NCBI GenBank assembly: GCA_041636995.1
Contig: JBFKRY010000001.1
Coordinates: 1,482 to 65,481, forward strand
Source of the DNA: Acidimicrobiales bacterium
GTDB lineage: Bacteria > Actinomycetota > Acidimicrobiia > Acidimicrobiales > UBA8592
Length of the DNA: 64,000 nucleotides
Direction of reading: 5' to 3'
Both the position numbers and the translations under genes were made by a program. Numbering within the stretch: the first letter of the stretch is position 1; each line of letters starts with the position of its first letter. A model generated the notes under the pieces. The model was given only the letters and a program-made list of their open reading frames with translations, searched no databases and had not been told where the DNA came from. This document shows positions 35,927 to 45,740 of the stretch, piece after piece.

Positions 35927-36990
35927 GTCGGCCCCACCCGCTCGATAGCGGCTCGGTGGTCGCGCACCATGTCGGGCGAGGCCGCGAGGGTGCGCATGGC
36001 CGCCGCCAGCGCGCCGGGGTCGCCCGGTGGGACCACCACCCCGGTGCCGTCGTCGTGCACCGTGGGGCCGATGGCGCCGACGTCGGAGACCACGAGCGGG
36101 AGCCGGTGAGCGTAGGCATCGGCCAGGACCCCGGACTGCGAAGCGAAACGGGTGTACGGCAACAGAACCGCGGTGCTGGTGCCGAACAGCTCCGCCATCC
36201 GCTCGGGGGCCACGAACCCGATCTCGGCCGAGACGAACGGGTGGCGGTGCGCTGCAGCCTGCACCCGCTCGGCGGCCCGGCCGTGAGCCCGGCCCGCGAT
36301 GTGCACCCGGATGCCGTCGACGTCGCCAGCAGCCAGATCCTCGACCGCATCGAGCAGGATCCCGAGACCCTTGTTCGGCCGGAGGTTGCCGAAGAAGAGG
36401 AACCGGGCCTCGCCGTTGGAGGCCCGCTCGGTGGCGTCGGTCCACACGAGGGGGTGGCGGACCACGTGGACCCGATCGGGGACGATGCCGTGATCGGCGA
36501 CGAGGGCATCGGCCAGGACCCGGTGGTAGACGATGAGCTCGCCCCCGGCCCGGAACGTGCGTCTCAGCAAGGCCCCCTCGACCCGGCGGCCGAGCCGGGG
36601 TTCGTGGGGGTGCACGTCGTGCACGAACGAGACCCGGGCCACATCAGCGGGGAGCAGGGGCAGGGCGACCGCGTCGGTGTAGCGGTTGAGCTGGTGCTGG
36701 CAGCTCACGTCGAAGCGACGGCGGCTCACCAGGCGGTGCCGGGCCCGGGCTCGACCCAGGTAGATCGCGGCCCGGCCGGGTGCCCGGCCCAGCGCGGATG
36801 CCCGGAACCGTGCCCGGTTGGCCTCGGGCAGGTCCCGGACCACCTCGTAGGGCGAGTCCGAGGTCAGCTCCTGGCCGAAGCGCGACGACAGCGCCTGCAC
36901 GGTCATGGTGTCGCCCGGCCGGATGGCGGCCGCCACCAGCGGGCTCACGTCGCCGGCGTGGCTGAACGGCCAGTACCAGTGGATGCGCAT
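35863..36990 (-). CDS. Glycosyltransferase family 4
   Basis: ...FLFFGNLRPNKGL...LLPYTRFASQSGVLADAYAHRLPLVVSDVGAIG. Its start overlaps the stop of the upstream gene. Confidence 0.75.
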   Translation of the reverse strand: MRIHWYWPFSHAGDVSPLVAAAIRPGDTMTVQALSSRFGQELTSDSPYEVVRDLPEANRARFRASALGRAPGRAAIYLGRARARHRLVSRRRFDVSCQHQLNRYTDAVALPLLPADVARVSFVHDVHPHEPRLGRRVEGALLRRTFRAGGELIVYHRVLADALVADHGIVPDRVHVVRHPLVWTDATERASNGEARFLFFGNLRPNKGLGILLDAVEDLAAGDVDGIRVHIAGRAHGRAAERVQAAAHRHPFVSAEIGFVAPERMAELFGTSTAVLLPYTRFASQSGVLADAYAHRLPLVVSDVGAIGPTVHDDGTGVVVPPGDPGALAAAMRTLAASPDMVRDHRAAIERVGPTYDAGVVGAAVRDVFEIAVSR

Positions 36991-38120
36991 CAGCGGCTGG
37001 CTCGAGCTGCCGCGTCGGCGCTGGCGGCCGCGGCGTAGACGTCGCGCAGCAGCTCGCCCACGGCGTCGACGGAGTACCGGCCGACGACCAGCTCCCGAGC
37101 CCGGTCGCGGTCGGCCGGCATGGGCTCCAGCCAGCGCTCGAGGCCCCGGGCCAGGTCCTCGGCGTCGCCGGGGCGGACCAGGGCTCCGGGGGCGTCGGCG
37201 AGCAGCTCGGGCAGCCCGCCCACCGCGGGGGCCACCACGGGCAGCCCGGCGGACAGGGCCTCGATCGCGGCCACCGGCAGGTTCTCGGTGTGCGAGCTGA
37301 GGGCGAAGACCGTCGAGGTGGCCAGGATCGCTGCCACCTGGTCCCGGTCGAGGCGGCCGTGGAACGTGACCGCACCCTCGATCCCGAGGTCCCGGGCCAG
37401 GGCCTGCAGCGGCACCCGCTCGGGCCCGTCGCCGACGATGCCGACCTGGGGGTCGGCGCCCCTGTGCTGCAGCTCGGCGACCGCCCGGAGCAGCACGTCG
37501 AGCTGCTTGACGCGGGCCAGCCGGGCCACGGTGGTGATCCGGGGCCGGTCGGGGAGGGGGCCGGGCCGGAACCGGTCAGTGTCCACCGGGTTCGGGACCG
37601 TCCGGGTGGAGGTGACCAGGCCCCGCTGTTCGATGGCCGCCGCCAGCGACGCCGACACCGGCAGCACCGCGGCTGCGTCCCGGTACACCCGCTCGGCCAG
37701 CCGCAGCCCGGTGGGGGAGATGGACTTCTCCGGATTGGCGGAGGTCAGCGCCGAGCTGTGTTCGGACACCACGTAGGGGATCCCCCGCAGCCGGCGCAGC
37801 CCGGGGAGGCCTCCGCTGCCGGAGAAGAAGTGCCCGTGGGCCAGCTCGACCGGTCGCCCGGCCTCGGCCAGGGCGTCCACCACGGTAGCCAGCCGCCTGC
37901 CGGCCAGGCTGGCGTTGACCCGCCAGAACCAGCGGGCCGGCCGGACCCGGAGCACGCCGACCGGCCACGGCGACCGCTCCCCGGTGGGCTCCCGGAAGGT
38001 GCGCGGCAGCAGCTGGCCCTGGAGGTCGACCGCGGTCACGTCGTGGTGGCGGGCCGCGGCGTCGACCCAGTCCTCGGCCACCGGCAGTCGGGGCAGCACC
38101 ATGAGCACCCTCGGGCTCAT
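36990..38120 (-). CDS. Glycosyltransferase family 4
   Basis: ATG at 38120 forms an ATGA overlap with the sulfotransferase stop. Product ...LSSHTENLPVAAIEALSAGLPVVAPAVGGLPELL. Confidence 0.8.
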   Translation of the reverse strand: MSPRVLMVLPRLPVAEDWVDAAARHHDVTAVDLQGQLLPRTFREPTGERSPWPVGVLRVRPARWFWRVNASLAGRRLATVVDALAEAGRPVELAHGHFFSGSGGLPGLRRLRGIPYVVSEHSSALTSANPEKSISPTGLRLAERVYRDAAAVLPVSASLAAAIEQRGLVTSTRTVPNPVDTDRFRPGPLPDRPRITTVARLARVKQLDVLLRAVAELQHRGADPQVGIVGDGPERVPLQALARDLGIEGAVTFHGRLDRDQVAAILATSTVFALSSHTENLPVAAIEALSAGLPVVAPAVGGLPELLADAPGALVRPGDAEDLARGLERWLEPMPADRDRARELVVGRYSVDAVGELLRDVYAAAASADAAARASR

Positions 38121-38980
38121 CTCGCCACCCCGGTCCGGGCCCGGATCCAGGCGTGCTCCTCCCGCAGCACCGCCGCCACCTCCGGCGCCAGCAGGGCCTC
38201 GACGTCGACAGGTTCGAGACGCTCGGCTCGGGCGTCGTCGTCGCGGACGACCAGGGGGCGGGTCAACCGGGCCAGCGGGGCCGGGACGTATGGGCGGACC
38301 CGGTTCAGGACCCGCATCAGCCGGTGGCGGTGGAACCGGTACGTGACCGCCTCGTCGCCCACGTTGCGATCGGTGGCCGGGAGCGGCATCGGCGCCAGGT
38401 CGAGGAACGCCAGGGTGCGGGCCCAGCCCTGCTCGCGGAGCCGCTCGGTCTCGAGCAGCAGGATGGGGCCGGGATGCAGGGCGAGGTAGGGCTCGATGCC
38501 GAGGCGGTAGCGGGAGCTCCGCACCACGACGTCGTCGAGATCCAGGTCGGCGGCGACCCGCGAGAAGGGCACCGCCGGGCGCCGGCCCCGACGAACCTCG
38601 TGGCGGTAGTGCGACCACAGCCGGGCGAAGGGGTCGCGGTGGATGGCGATGAGCCGAGCCGACGGCGCCTCGGCGGCGATGCGGCGGGCGCTGCGGCTCG
38701 CGTAGTGGGGATCGCCGTAGGAGGTCGAGCCGTCGCCGAGCAGCTGGCCCGGCGCCGCGCCCGGGGCACCGAGCTGGCGCCGGTACCGGTGCCAGCTCCG
38801 GCCGTGGTGGGAGAAGTAGGCCGGCTCCTTGACCCGGGGCGGGTGGACGCCCGGGTGCTCGCCCAGCCAGGACATGAGCGAGGTGGTGCCGGTCTTCTTC
38901 CAGCCGATCAGGGCGAAGTCCGGACCGGGGGCCCGCTCGGGGGCGCCGGAGGGAGGGGTGATGAGCCACCGCGCCGTCAT
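38117..38980 (-). CDS. Sulfotransferase-family protein (copy A)
   Basis: ATG at 38980 (ATGA overlap). PAPS 5'-phosphosulfate-binding-loop-like FALIGWKKTGTTSL near the N-terminus, then ...IAIHRDPFARLWSHYRH... (3'-PB-like). Confidence 0.7.
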   Translation of the reverse strand: MTARWLITPPSGAPERAPGPDFALIGWKKTGTTSLMSWLGEHPGVHPPRVKEPAYFSHHGRSWHRYRRQLGAPGAAPGQLLGDGSTSYGDPHYASRSARRIAAEAPSARLIAIHRDPFARLWSHYRHEVRRGRRPAVPFSRVAADLDLDDVVVRSSRYRLGIEPYLALHPGPILLLETERLREQGWARTLAFLDLAPMPLPATDRNVGDEAVTYRFHRHRLMRVLNRVRPYVPAPLARLTRPLVVRDDDARAERLEPVDVEALLAPEVAAVLREEHAWIRARTGVAR

Positions 38981-39906
38981 CGACCGAGCCTCGCGTCCCA
39001 CCGGGGGCTGCCGGCCGCTGGGGGCCGGAGCCGGCGGTGCAGGGTCCGGGCCCCGCTGGTGAGCGCCGGGGGCACCAGCCGCTCCTCGACGCGGCGCCGC
39101 AGCAACCCGGCCTGCTGGCGCGGCGACAGCCGCAGGTCCCAGCCCACCGCCCGGGCCGCGGCGTGGTACTCGCGCAGGAACCGGTTGCGGTAGTAGTCGG
39201 GGTTCCACGGCTTGGCGGGGCCGGCGAAGTGGATGACCGCGCCGTCGGGCTCCTTGCCGTTCCAGGTGGCGTCGAACGGGAGCCAGTCGTCCCAGAGCAC
39301 CGCGTTGAGGTAGTGCTGGTCGCCGTAGGTCCACTCGGCAGCCAGGGCCATGACCCGCTCGGCCACCCGGCGGTCCCGCCAGCGGGCCACGTCGATCACC
39401 AGGACCCCGGAGTTGAACAGCAGCGCCGACGGGGGCAGCCCGGCCACCTGGAGCATGCTGCCGGGCCACTCGTCGGCCCGGTGGGCGTTGGCGGCGGTGA
39501 CCGGCAACCCGCCGATGGCCGCCGCGGCCACGGTGCAGCCCTGCAGGTCGAGGTCGAGCAGCGGCTGCAGCGATCGCCGGACCAGGATGTCGCCGTCGAG
39601 GTACAGAGCCCGCTCGGTCCCGGCCGGCACCAGCCGGTCGATGAAGAGCCGGGCGAACATCGGGCCCGGGAGCCCCTCGGTGGGCAGCCCTTCGAGCCAG
39701 GCGGGGGGCACCTGCACGTGGACGGTCTCCGCGGGTGCCGCGGCCGACTCGAGCAGCGCCTGGTGGCCGGGCTCGAAGCCCTCGCTGGCCACCACGATCC
39801 GGAGCGGGCCCGGGGTGTGCCGCACTGCACTGTGGATGGTCACCGCCATGGGGTTGGCGTAGGCGGCGTCGCCAGCGATGAAGATGGTGGCCGCTTCGGT
39901 GCTCAT
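38977..39906 (-). CDS. Glycosyltransferase family 8 (retaining)
   Basis: ATG at 39906 (ATGA overlap). Product ...FARLFIDRLVP..RALYLDGDILV (DxD)...FNSGVLVIDV...DQHYLN...IHFAGPAKPW. Confidence 0.8.
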   Translation of the reverse strand: MSTEAATIFIAGDAAYANPMAVTIHSAVRHTPGPLRIVVASEGFEPGHQALLESAAAPAETVHVQVPPAWLEGLPTEGLPGPMFARLFIDRLVPAGTERALYLDGDILVRRSLQPLLDLDLQGCTVAAAAIGGLPVTAANAHRADEWPGSMLQVAGLPPSALLFNSGVLVIDVARWRDRRVAERVMALAAEWTYGDQHYLNAVLWDDWLPFDATWNGKEPDGAVIHFAGPAKPWNPDYYRNRFLREYHAAARAVGWDLRLSPRQQAGLLRRRVEERLVPPALTSGARTLHRRLRPPAAGSPRWDARLGR

Positions 39907-40919
39907 GCGACCGCCACCTCCGGCCCGGCCAGCAGCTCGGCCCACTCGCGGGCGACCGACGCCAGGGTGTAGCGCTCCGGCAGGGCCGGCGGGCACGGGG
40001 TCGCCATGGCGGCCCGCAGGGCTTCGGCCACCGCCGCGGGTTGCTCGCCGGCCACCAGGTGCAGGCCCGGGAGGTGGGTGGCCAGGTCGGCCAGGGCCCC
40101 GACCGGATGGGCCACGACGGGCGTCCCCACGGCCGCGGCCTCGAGCACGCTGGCCGGCATGCCCTCGGTGGTGCTCAGCACCACCAGGGCGTCCGCCGCG
40201 CTCACGATGGGGGCCGGGTCGGCGACCGACCCCAGGAACTGGACCCGGCCCGGGGCCAGGGCCCCGGCCTGGGCGGCCAGCTGCTCCCGCAGCGGTCCCT
40301 CGCCGACGCAGACCAGCTGGGCCCCGGCCAGCCCGGCCACCGCCTCGATGGCCCGATCGACCCGCTTCTCCGGGCTGAGCGCGCCCAGATGGGCCACCAG
40401 CGGCTGGTGAGGAGCGACACCGAGCGCCGACCGCACCGCCGCGGCCCCGGCCCGGCGGGACGGCGTCGGGATGGCGTTGGGGATCACGTGGATGCGCTCG
40501 GCGGGGAGGCGGTAGCGCTCCGCCAGGGCGCCGGCAGCGCCGGGCCAGAGGGCCACGACCGCCCGGGCCCGGTGCAGCAACAGCCCGGTCTTGACCCGGC
40601 GGTCCGGTCGGCGGCCCCAGAAGGCGGGGTCGCCGATGGACCGGTAGACGAAGCGGCCGGGTGCGAAGCGGGCGCAGGCGTCGAGGGTGATGGAGCCGTG
40701 GGCCACCACCCGGTCGTGGTCGGCGAGCAGCCGCTTCACCGCGGCCCGGTGGTCGACCACCTCGATGGCCAGCGACTCCGCCGGGTCCGAGCGCCGCAGG
40801 GCCACCAGCCGGTGGCCGCCCGGTTCGGTGCGCAGCAGCTCGACGACGAGCTGGGAGGCGAAGACCTGCGCGCCGCGGCGCCTGGTGTCGCTCACCAGGT
40901 GGAGGACCGGCGAGCCCAT
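39903..40919 (-). CDS. Glycosyltransferase family 4
   Basis: VLHLVSDTRRRGAQVF..., ...LSTTEGMPASVLEAAAVGTPVVAHPVGAL. Confidence 0.75.
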   Translation of the reverse strand: MGSPVLHLVSDTRRRGAQVFASQLVVELLRTEPGGHRLVALRRSDPAESLAIEVVDHRAAVKRLLADHDRVVAHGSITLDACARFAPGRFVYRSIGDPAFWGRRPDRRVKTGLLLHRARAVVALWPGAAGALAERYRLPAERIHVIPNAIPTPSRRAGAAAVRSALGVAPHQPLVAHLGALSPEKRVDRAIEAVAGLAGAQLVCVGEGPLREQLAAQAGALAPGRVQFLGSVADPAPIVSAADALVVLSTTEGMPASVLEAAAVGTPVVAHPVGALADLATHLPGLHLVAGEQPAAVAEALRAAMATPCPPALPERYTLASVAREWAELLAGPEVAVA

Positions 40920-41779
40920 CAGCGCCGCCCCCGGGCCCGGTGCATGAACGGGTGCAGGCCGGACAGGATGATGCGGACCCGGTCGGGGCCCGCCTCGGGG
41001 TTCATCCGCAGCCGTGACCGGCGCAGCGGGTGCGCCGGGGCCCGGCGGTCGTGACGGTGGTCGAACAGGAACGCGGCCTGGTACCCGAGCCCCTCCAGCT
41101 CCCGTTCGACCCGAGGGTCCCAGTTGCCGTTGGGGTAGGCGAACAGCTCTGGCGGGCGGCCCAGCAGCTCGGTGAGCCGCTGATGGGCGCCCCGGATCTC
41201 GTGGCTGACGGTGGCGTCGTCGCAGCGATCGAGGCAGGGGTGGGTGAGGGAGTGGTTGCCGATCTCGATGCCACCCGCGCGCAGGGTCGCCAGGTCACGG
41301 GCGTCGAGCTGGGCCCGGACCGGCAACGGGCCCCCGGACCCGGCCCGGAGCTCGGCGAGGGTCGCCACCCGCTCCGCGTCGGGCACGGACTTGAGCCGGC
41401 GGATCTCAGCGGCGGCCTCGGGCCCGAGGTGGGCTTCGACCTCCTGCCACCAGCACGGCGTGGTGGTGCCGATCAGGCCCGCGACCACGAAGCAGATCCC
41501 CTCGAGGCCGCGGGCCCGGGTCTCGGGGAGCGCCTGGGTGAGGACGGTGGGGTCGCCGTCGTCGAAGGTGATCAGGACCGCGCCGTCGGGGATGTCGTCG
41601 GCGAGCAGCTCGGCGACGGTGACGGGTCGTAGCAGCTCGCAGACCACGTCGAGCTGGCGGCCGAACGCGGCCCGGTCGGGGACGTCGTGGTAGGCGAGCA
41701 CGGCCAGCCGGCCCCGGTGGGCCAGGCGGGAGACCGCCTGGAGGGGAGTGCGCCGCAGGACGGCATCGAGCCCGGTCAT
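40919..41779 (-). CDS. Polysaccharide deacetylase family protein
   Basis: ATG at 41779 (ATGA overlap). Product ...VLAYHDV..., LITFDDGDPT, IGNHSLTHP. Confidence 0.8.
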   Translation of the reverse strand: MTGLDAVLRRTPLQAVSRLAHRGRLAVLAYHDVPDRAAFGRQLDVVCELLRPVTVAELLADDIPDGAVLITFDDGDPTVLTQALPETRARGLEGICFVVAGLIGTTTPCWWQEVEAHLGPEAAAEIRRLKSVPDAERVATLAELRAGSGGPLPVRAQLDARDLATLRAGGIEIGNHSLTHPCLDRCDDATVSHEIRGAHQRLTELLGRPPELFAYPNGNWDPRVERELEGLGYQAAFLFDHRHDRRAPAHPLRRSRLRMNPEAGPDRVRIILSGLHPFMHRARGRR

Positions 41780-42933
41780 CGTCGGGCCAGGGTCCGGGTG
41801 GGGCGGGCCGCCACCTGCGCGTAGAGCTCGGCCATGCGGTCCATGATCGCCTCCAGCTCGAAGCAGGTCGCGAACCGTCGCCTGCCCCGGGCCCCGAGGT
41901 CGGCGCGCAGGTCCTCGTCGGCCAGGAGCATCGCCAGGGCGTCGCCCAGGGAGCCCGGGTCGGCTGGCGGCACGTAGACGGCCGCGTCGGCGGCGACCTC
42001 GCGGGTGACCGCCAGGTCCGTGGTCACGATGGGGGCGCCGAGGCCCATGGCCTCGATCAGGGCCCCACCGAGTCCCTCGTAGCGCGAGGGGAAGGCGAAG
42101 GCGTCCGCGGCGACCAGCAGGTCGGGCACGTCGTCCACGTGGCCGAGCAGGGCGATGTGGCGCTCGTGTCCCGAGGCGTCGACGGCCCGCTGGAGCTCGG
42201 CGCTGGCCGAGCCCTGGCGGCCGGCGAGCACCAGCCGGGCGTCGACCCCCCGGTCCCGCAGCGAGGCGAACGCCCGCACCAGGCTCACGTGGTCCTTCTG
42301 GAACTCCTGGCGCCCGACCGCGAGCACCATCGGGGTGCCCTCGGCGAGCCCGAGGCGATGTCGGACCGTGCCCCGGCGCTCGGGGCCCGGCTCCCCGAGC
42401 CTCCCCCGGGACCGGCCCCGGGGGATCACGGTGATGCGCTCGGGCCGCAGCCCCAGGCGGTCCACGGCGGCGTCGGCCACGGCTCGGGTGATGGCGTGGA
42501 AGTGGTCGGTGAGCAGCCGGCCCGAGCCTCCGTCGACCAGGCGTGCCGCCTCCAGCTTCCAGCGGCGCAGGCGAGGGTCGTCGTGTCGGCTGGGCGAGTA
42601 GGACGTGTTGACCAGGCTGGTCAGCACGGGGGTGGCGGTCCGGGCGGCGGCGAGGCGGCCGGCGAGATCGGCCTCGAAGATGGCGGTGTGCACCACCGCG
42701 GGTCGGCGGGCCCGGATCAACCGGCGCAGCGCCGCCACCTTGTGGGCCAAGTTGGGGCCGTCGAGGTGGTGGACGGTGGCGTCGACCTGGGCCTCGACCC
42801 CGACCCGTCGACGGAAGAGGCAGGCCACCTCCACATCGACGCCCCGGCGGCGGAGGGGCTCGATCGACTCGGCGGTGGAGCGCTCGGCGCCGCCGGTCCC
42901 GAGACCGTTCAGCACCGCCAGCACCCGGGTCAC
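41776..42933 (-). CDS. Glycosyltransferase family 4
   Basis: GTG at 42933 (GTGA overlap). Product VLAVLNGLGTGGAERS..., ...FPSRYEGLGGALIEAMGLGAPIVTTDL. Confidence 0.8.
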   Translation of the reverse strand: MTRVLAVLNGLGTGGAERSTAESIEPLRRRGVDVEVACLFRRRVGVEAQVDATVHHLDGPNLAHKVAALRRLIRARRPAVVHTAIFEADLAGRLAAARTATPVLTSLVNTSYSPSRHDDPRLRRWKLEAARLVDGGSGRLLTDHFHAITRAVADAAVDRLGLRPERITVIPRGRSRGRLGEPGPERRGTVRHRLGLAEGTPMVLAVGRQEFQKDHVSLVRAFASLRDRGVDARLVLAGRQGSASAELQRAVDASGHERHIALLGHVDDVPDLLVAADAFAFPSRYEGLGGALIEAMGLGAPIVTTDLAVTREVAADAAVYVPPADPGSLGDALAMLLADEDLRADLGARGRRRFATCFELEAIMDRMAELYAQVAARPTRTLARR

Positions 42934-43808
42934 CGGTACCCCAGTCGGGCGGCGGTGCGGCTCTGGCGCCGGATGCGCGCCGCCAGCTGCGGGTGGGGGT
43001 GGCTGGCCGGGGGCCGGATGCGCACCCGGCTGCGGCCGAGGTCGGCGCCGAGGAAGTCGCCGATCTCACGCAGCATCGCGTCGGGCTCCTCGAACCAGCG
43101 CTCGTAGCGGACCGCGAGCACGTTCGAGCGCCGCAGGTGGGGGAGGGCGTGCTCGTAGACGGCGTCGTACATGCCGAGGCGGCGGTCCGCGGCGTCGTCG
43201 TAGCGGTCCGCCAACCGGCGGTTGAGGTCGCGGGTGAACGTGGTGTCGTAGTCGTAGCCCCGGGCGAGACGGCCGCCGGTGTGAACGAAGGAGTGCAGCA
43301 CCTCGGCCGGGTCCCGGAGGCACACCAGGAACTTCGTGTCCGGCAGCCGACCGAGCAGCTGCCAGTAGCTGGGCCACTTGACGCCGACGAGGGTTCGGGG
43401 TCCGGCCTCGACCGCGTAGGCCTGCTCGCCGTCGCGCTGCCACTCCACGGCACCGTCGGCGAGCAGGCGGTCGATGCGGAGCCGGCCCTGGCGTAGCTCC
43501 CCGGCGTCGAGCTCGTCCCGGATCGACCCGAACAGCTGGCGCGGGGTCTGCTGCAGCCCGGCCCAGGGCTCCATCACCGTGCACATCACCGGCGGCTGGT
43601 GCAGGGCCGCGGTCAGCAGGGCGGTCCCCGAGCGGGGGCAACCGCAGATCAGCACGTCCCGGGGCCCGGGGGCCACGGCCGCGGTGACCGCCGCCGGCTC
43701 CAGGGTGCAGCCGGCGAGGGTGCGATGCCAGCGGCGATGCCGCGGCGACGCCACCCGCAGGACCCCGGAGGTCATCGGCCGCAGCTGGTGGAGCAGGCGC
43801 GCGTTCAC
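42930..43808 (-). CDS. Sulfotransferase-family protein (copy B)
   Basis: P-loop-like PAPS-binding motif VLICGCPRSGTALL. ~290 aa with a ...FLVCLRDPAEVLHSF... segment. Confidence 0.6.
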   Translation of the reverse strand: MNARLLHQLRPMTSGVLRVASPRHRRWHRTLAGCTLEPAAVTAAVAPGPRDVLICGCPRSGTALLTAALHQPPVMCTVMEPWAGLQQTPRQLFGSIRDELDAGELRQGRLRIDRLLADGAVEWQRDGEQAYAVEAGPRTLVGVKWPSYWQLLGRLPDTKFLVCLRDPAEVLHSFVHTGGRLARGYDYDTTFTRDLNRRLADRYDDAADRRLGMYDAVYEHALPHLRRSNVLAVRYERWFEEPDAMLREIGDFLGADLGRSRVRIRPPASHPHPQLAARIRRQSRTAARLGYR

Positions 43809-43821
43809 GGGTGAGCTCGCC

Positions 43822-45654
43822 TCAGCCCGTGCGGGGGAGGCTCGCCAGGTCGTCGGGGAGGCCCGACCCCGGCGCCGGGAGCGCGGGCGCGCTGGCGACC
43901 CGCCGGAGATCGGCTGCGGTCCAGCGGACGCTGTCGAGCGCAGCCGAGCCCAGGGGATCGACGGCGACGTGGCTGATGAGGGGATGGGCGGGCCGGTGGT
44001 CGAGCTCGCCGCCGCCCAGCAGGACTTCGTGCAGCTTCTCGCCGGGGCGCAGCCCGGTGTAGACGATGTCGACGTCGCGTGCGGCCTGGGCCGCCAGGCG
44101 GCGAGCGACGTCGTCGATGCGGACCGGCTCGCCCATGTCGAGCACCAGGGCCTCGCCGTCGCTGCCGATGGCGCCGGCCTGGATCACGAGCTGGACCGCC
44201 TCCTCGACCAGCATGAAGTAGCGGGTGACGTCGGGGTGGGTCACGGTGAGCGGGCCGCCGGCGTCGATCTGCTTGCGGAACGCCTCGAGCACCGATCCCC
44301 TGCTGCCCAACACGTTGCCGAAGCGCACGCTCAGGTAGGTGCCCGACGTCTCCCGGGCGACACCGGCGGTGAGCCGCTCGGCGATCCGCTTGGTGTAACC
44401 GAGCACGCTCGTCGGGTCGGCGGCCTTGTCGGTGCTGACGTTCACGAACCGGCGGACCCCGGCCCGCTTGGCCCCGTGGAGCAGGTTCAGCGTCCCCCAG
44501 ACGTTGGTCTTGGCCCCTTCGTCGGGATAGAGCTCGAGCAGCGGCAGGTGCTTGAGCGCGGCCGCGTGGAAGACCACGTGGGGCCGGTGCTCGGCGAAGA
44601 CCTCCTCGATCCGGTCGGCATCGCGGATGTCGGCGACGACCAGGTTGCGGCTGTCGAGCATGGCCCGGCCCTCGATCGACATCTGCACCGCGTGCAGCGC
44701 CGACTCGTCGCGGTCGAGCATGATCAGCCGCTCGGGTCCGAACCGGTGCAGCTGGCGGCACAGCTCCGAGCCGATGGAGCCGCCGGCCCCGGTGACCAGC
44801 ACTCGCTGGCCGCACACGTAGCCGGCGATCTGCTCCACGTCGGTGGTGATCTCGTGGCGTCCGAGCAGGTCGCGCTCGTCGACCGGTCTGATGTCGGAGA
44901 GGGTGACGTTCTCGGCGATCATGCCGTCGACCCGGGGCAGGACCGAGACCTGCAGCGCGGCCTCGAGCGCCAGGTTGGACAGCTCGCGCACCAGCGCGCC
45001 GTTGGCGCTCGGGATGGCGATGACGAGATGCTCGGCTCCCGAGGTCCGGGCCACCTCGGCGAGCTGGGCTCGGCCGCCGACGACGGGCACGCCCATGACC
45101 CGGAGCTGTTGCTTGGCGGGGGCGTCGTCGAGCAGCGCCACCGGGTAGTAGGGGCTGTCGGGGTTGCGCAGCATCGCGGTCACCAGCTGGATGCCGCCCT
45201 CGCCGGCGCCGAACACCAGCACCTTGGCGGCCTGGTCCTTGGAGGGCCGCAGCCGCCGGTCGATGAAGAACCGCCAGGTGTAGCGGCTCAGGCCCATGCA
45301 CAGCATGGCGAAGACGCCGCCGGCGATGCCGACCGACACCGGGAGGAGGCGGGGCTCGTACGCCCAGCGCGACACCGCGAAGAGAATGACGGTCACCAGC
45401 ATCGCGGCCCGGGCCACCGCGGCCACCTCCTCGAAGCTGCCGAAGCGCCACCGGCCGATGTAGAGGCCGAACGCGAAGCCAGAGCCCGCCTGCAGGATGG
45501 CGGCCAGCGCGAAGGCGGTGAAGACGGACCGGCCGCTCCAGGCCCCGAGGTCGAACTCGAAGCGCAGCAGGATGGCCGCCCAGATCCCGGCGAACCAGGC
45601 GCTCAGGTCGATCAGGGCCTGGACCCAGCTCCGGTGGCGGGCCAGCGCACGCAT
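43822..45654 (-). CDS. Membrane-anchored CapD/PglF-like NDP-sugar 4,6-dehydratase ('polysaccharide biosynthesis protein')
   Basis: ATG at 45654. N-terminal TM segments; two Rossmann-like regions (VLVFGAGEGG..., VLVTGAGGSIGSEL); ...FVNVSTDKAADPTSVLGYTKR... Confidence 0.85.
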   Translation of the reverse strand: MRALARHRSWVQALIDLSAWFAGIWAAILLRFEFDLGAWSGRSVFTAFALAAILQAGSGFAFGLYIGRWRFGSFEEVAAVARAAMLVTVILFAVSRWAYEPRLLPVSVGIAGGVFAMLCMGLSRYTWRFFIDRRLRPSKDQAAKVLVFGAGEGGIQLVTAMLRNPDSPYYPVALLDDAPAKQQLRVMGVPVVGGRAQLAEVARTSGAEHLVIAIPSANGALVRELSNLALEAALQVSVLPRVDGMIAENVTLSDIRPVDERDLLGRHEITTDVEQIAGYVCGQRVLVTGAGGSIGSELCRQLHRFGPERLIMLDRDESALHAVQMSIEGRAMLDSRNLVVADIRDADRIEEVFAEHRPHVVFHAAALKHLPLLELYPDEGAKTNVWGTLNLLHGAKRAGVRRFVNVSTDKAADPTSVLGYTKRIAERLTAGVARETSGTYLSVRFGNVLGSRGSVLEAFRKQIDAGGPLTVTHPDVTRYFMLVEEAVQLVIQAGAIGSDGEALVLDMGEPVRIDDVARRLAAQAARDVDIVYTGLRPGEKLHEVLLGGGELDHRPAHPLISHVAVDPLGSAALDSVRWTAADLRRVASAPALPAPGSGLPDDLASLPRTG

Positions 45655-45740
45655 TGCGGCCGAGCGGCGAGCGCCGATCTCGCGTGTGCTGTGTCCCACT
45701 GCGGTTGCTCCTCGGACTGTCCCGGGTCCGATCCGACAGG

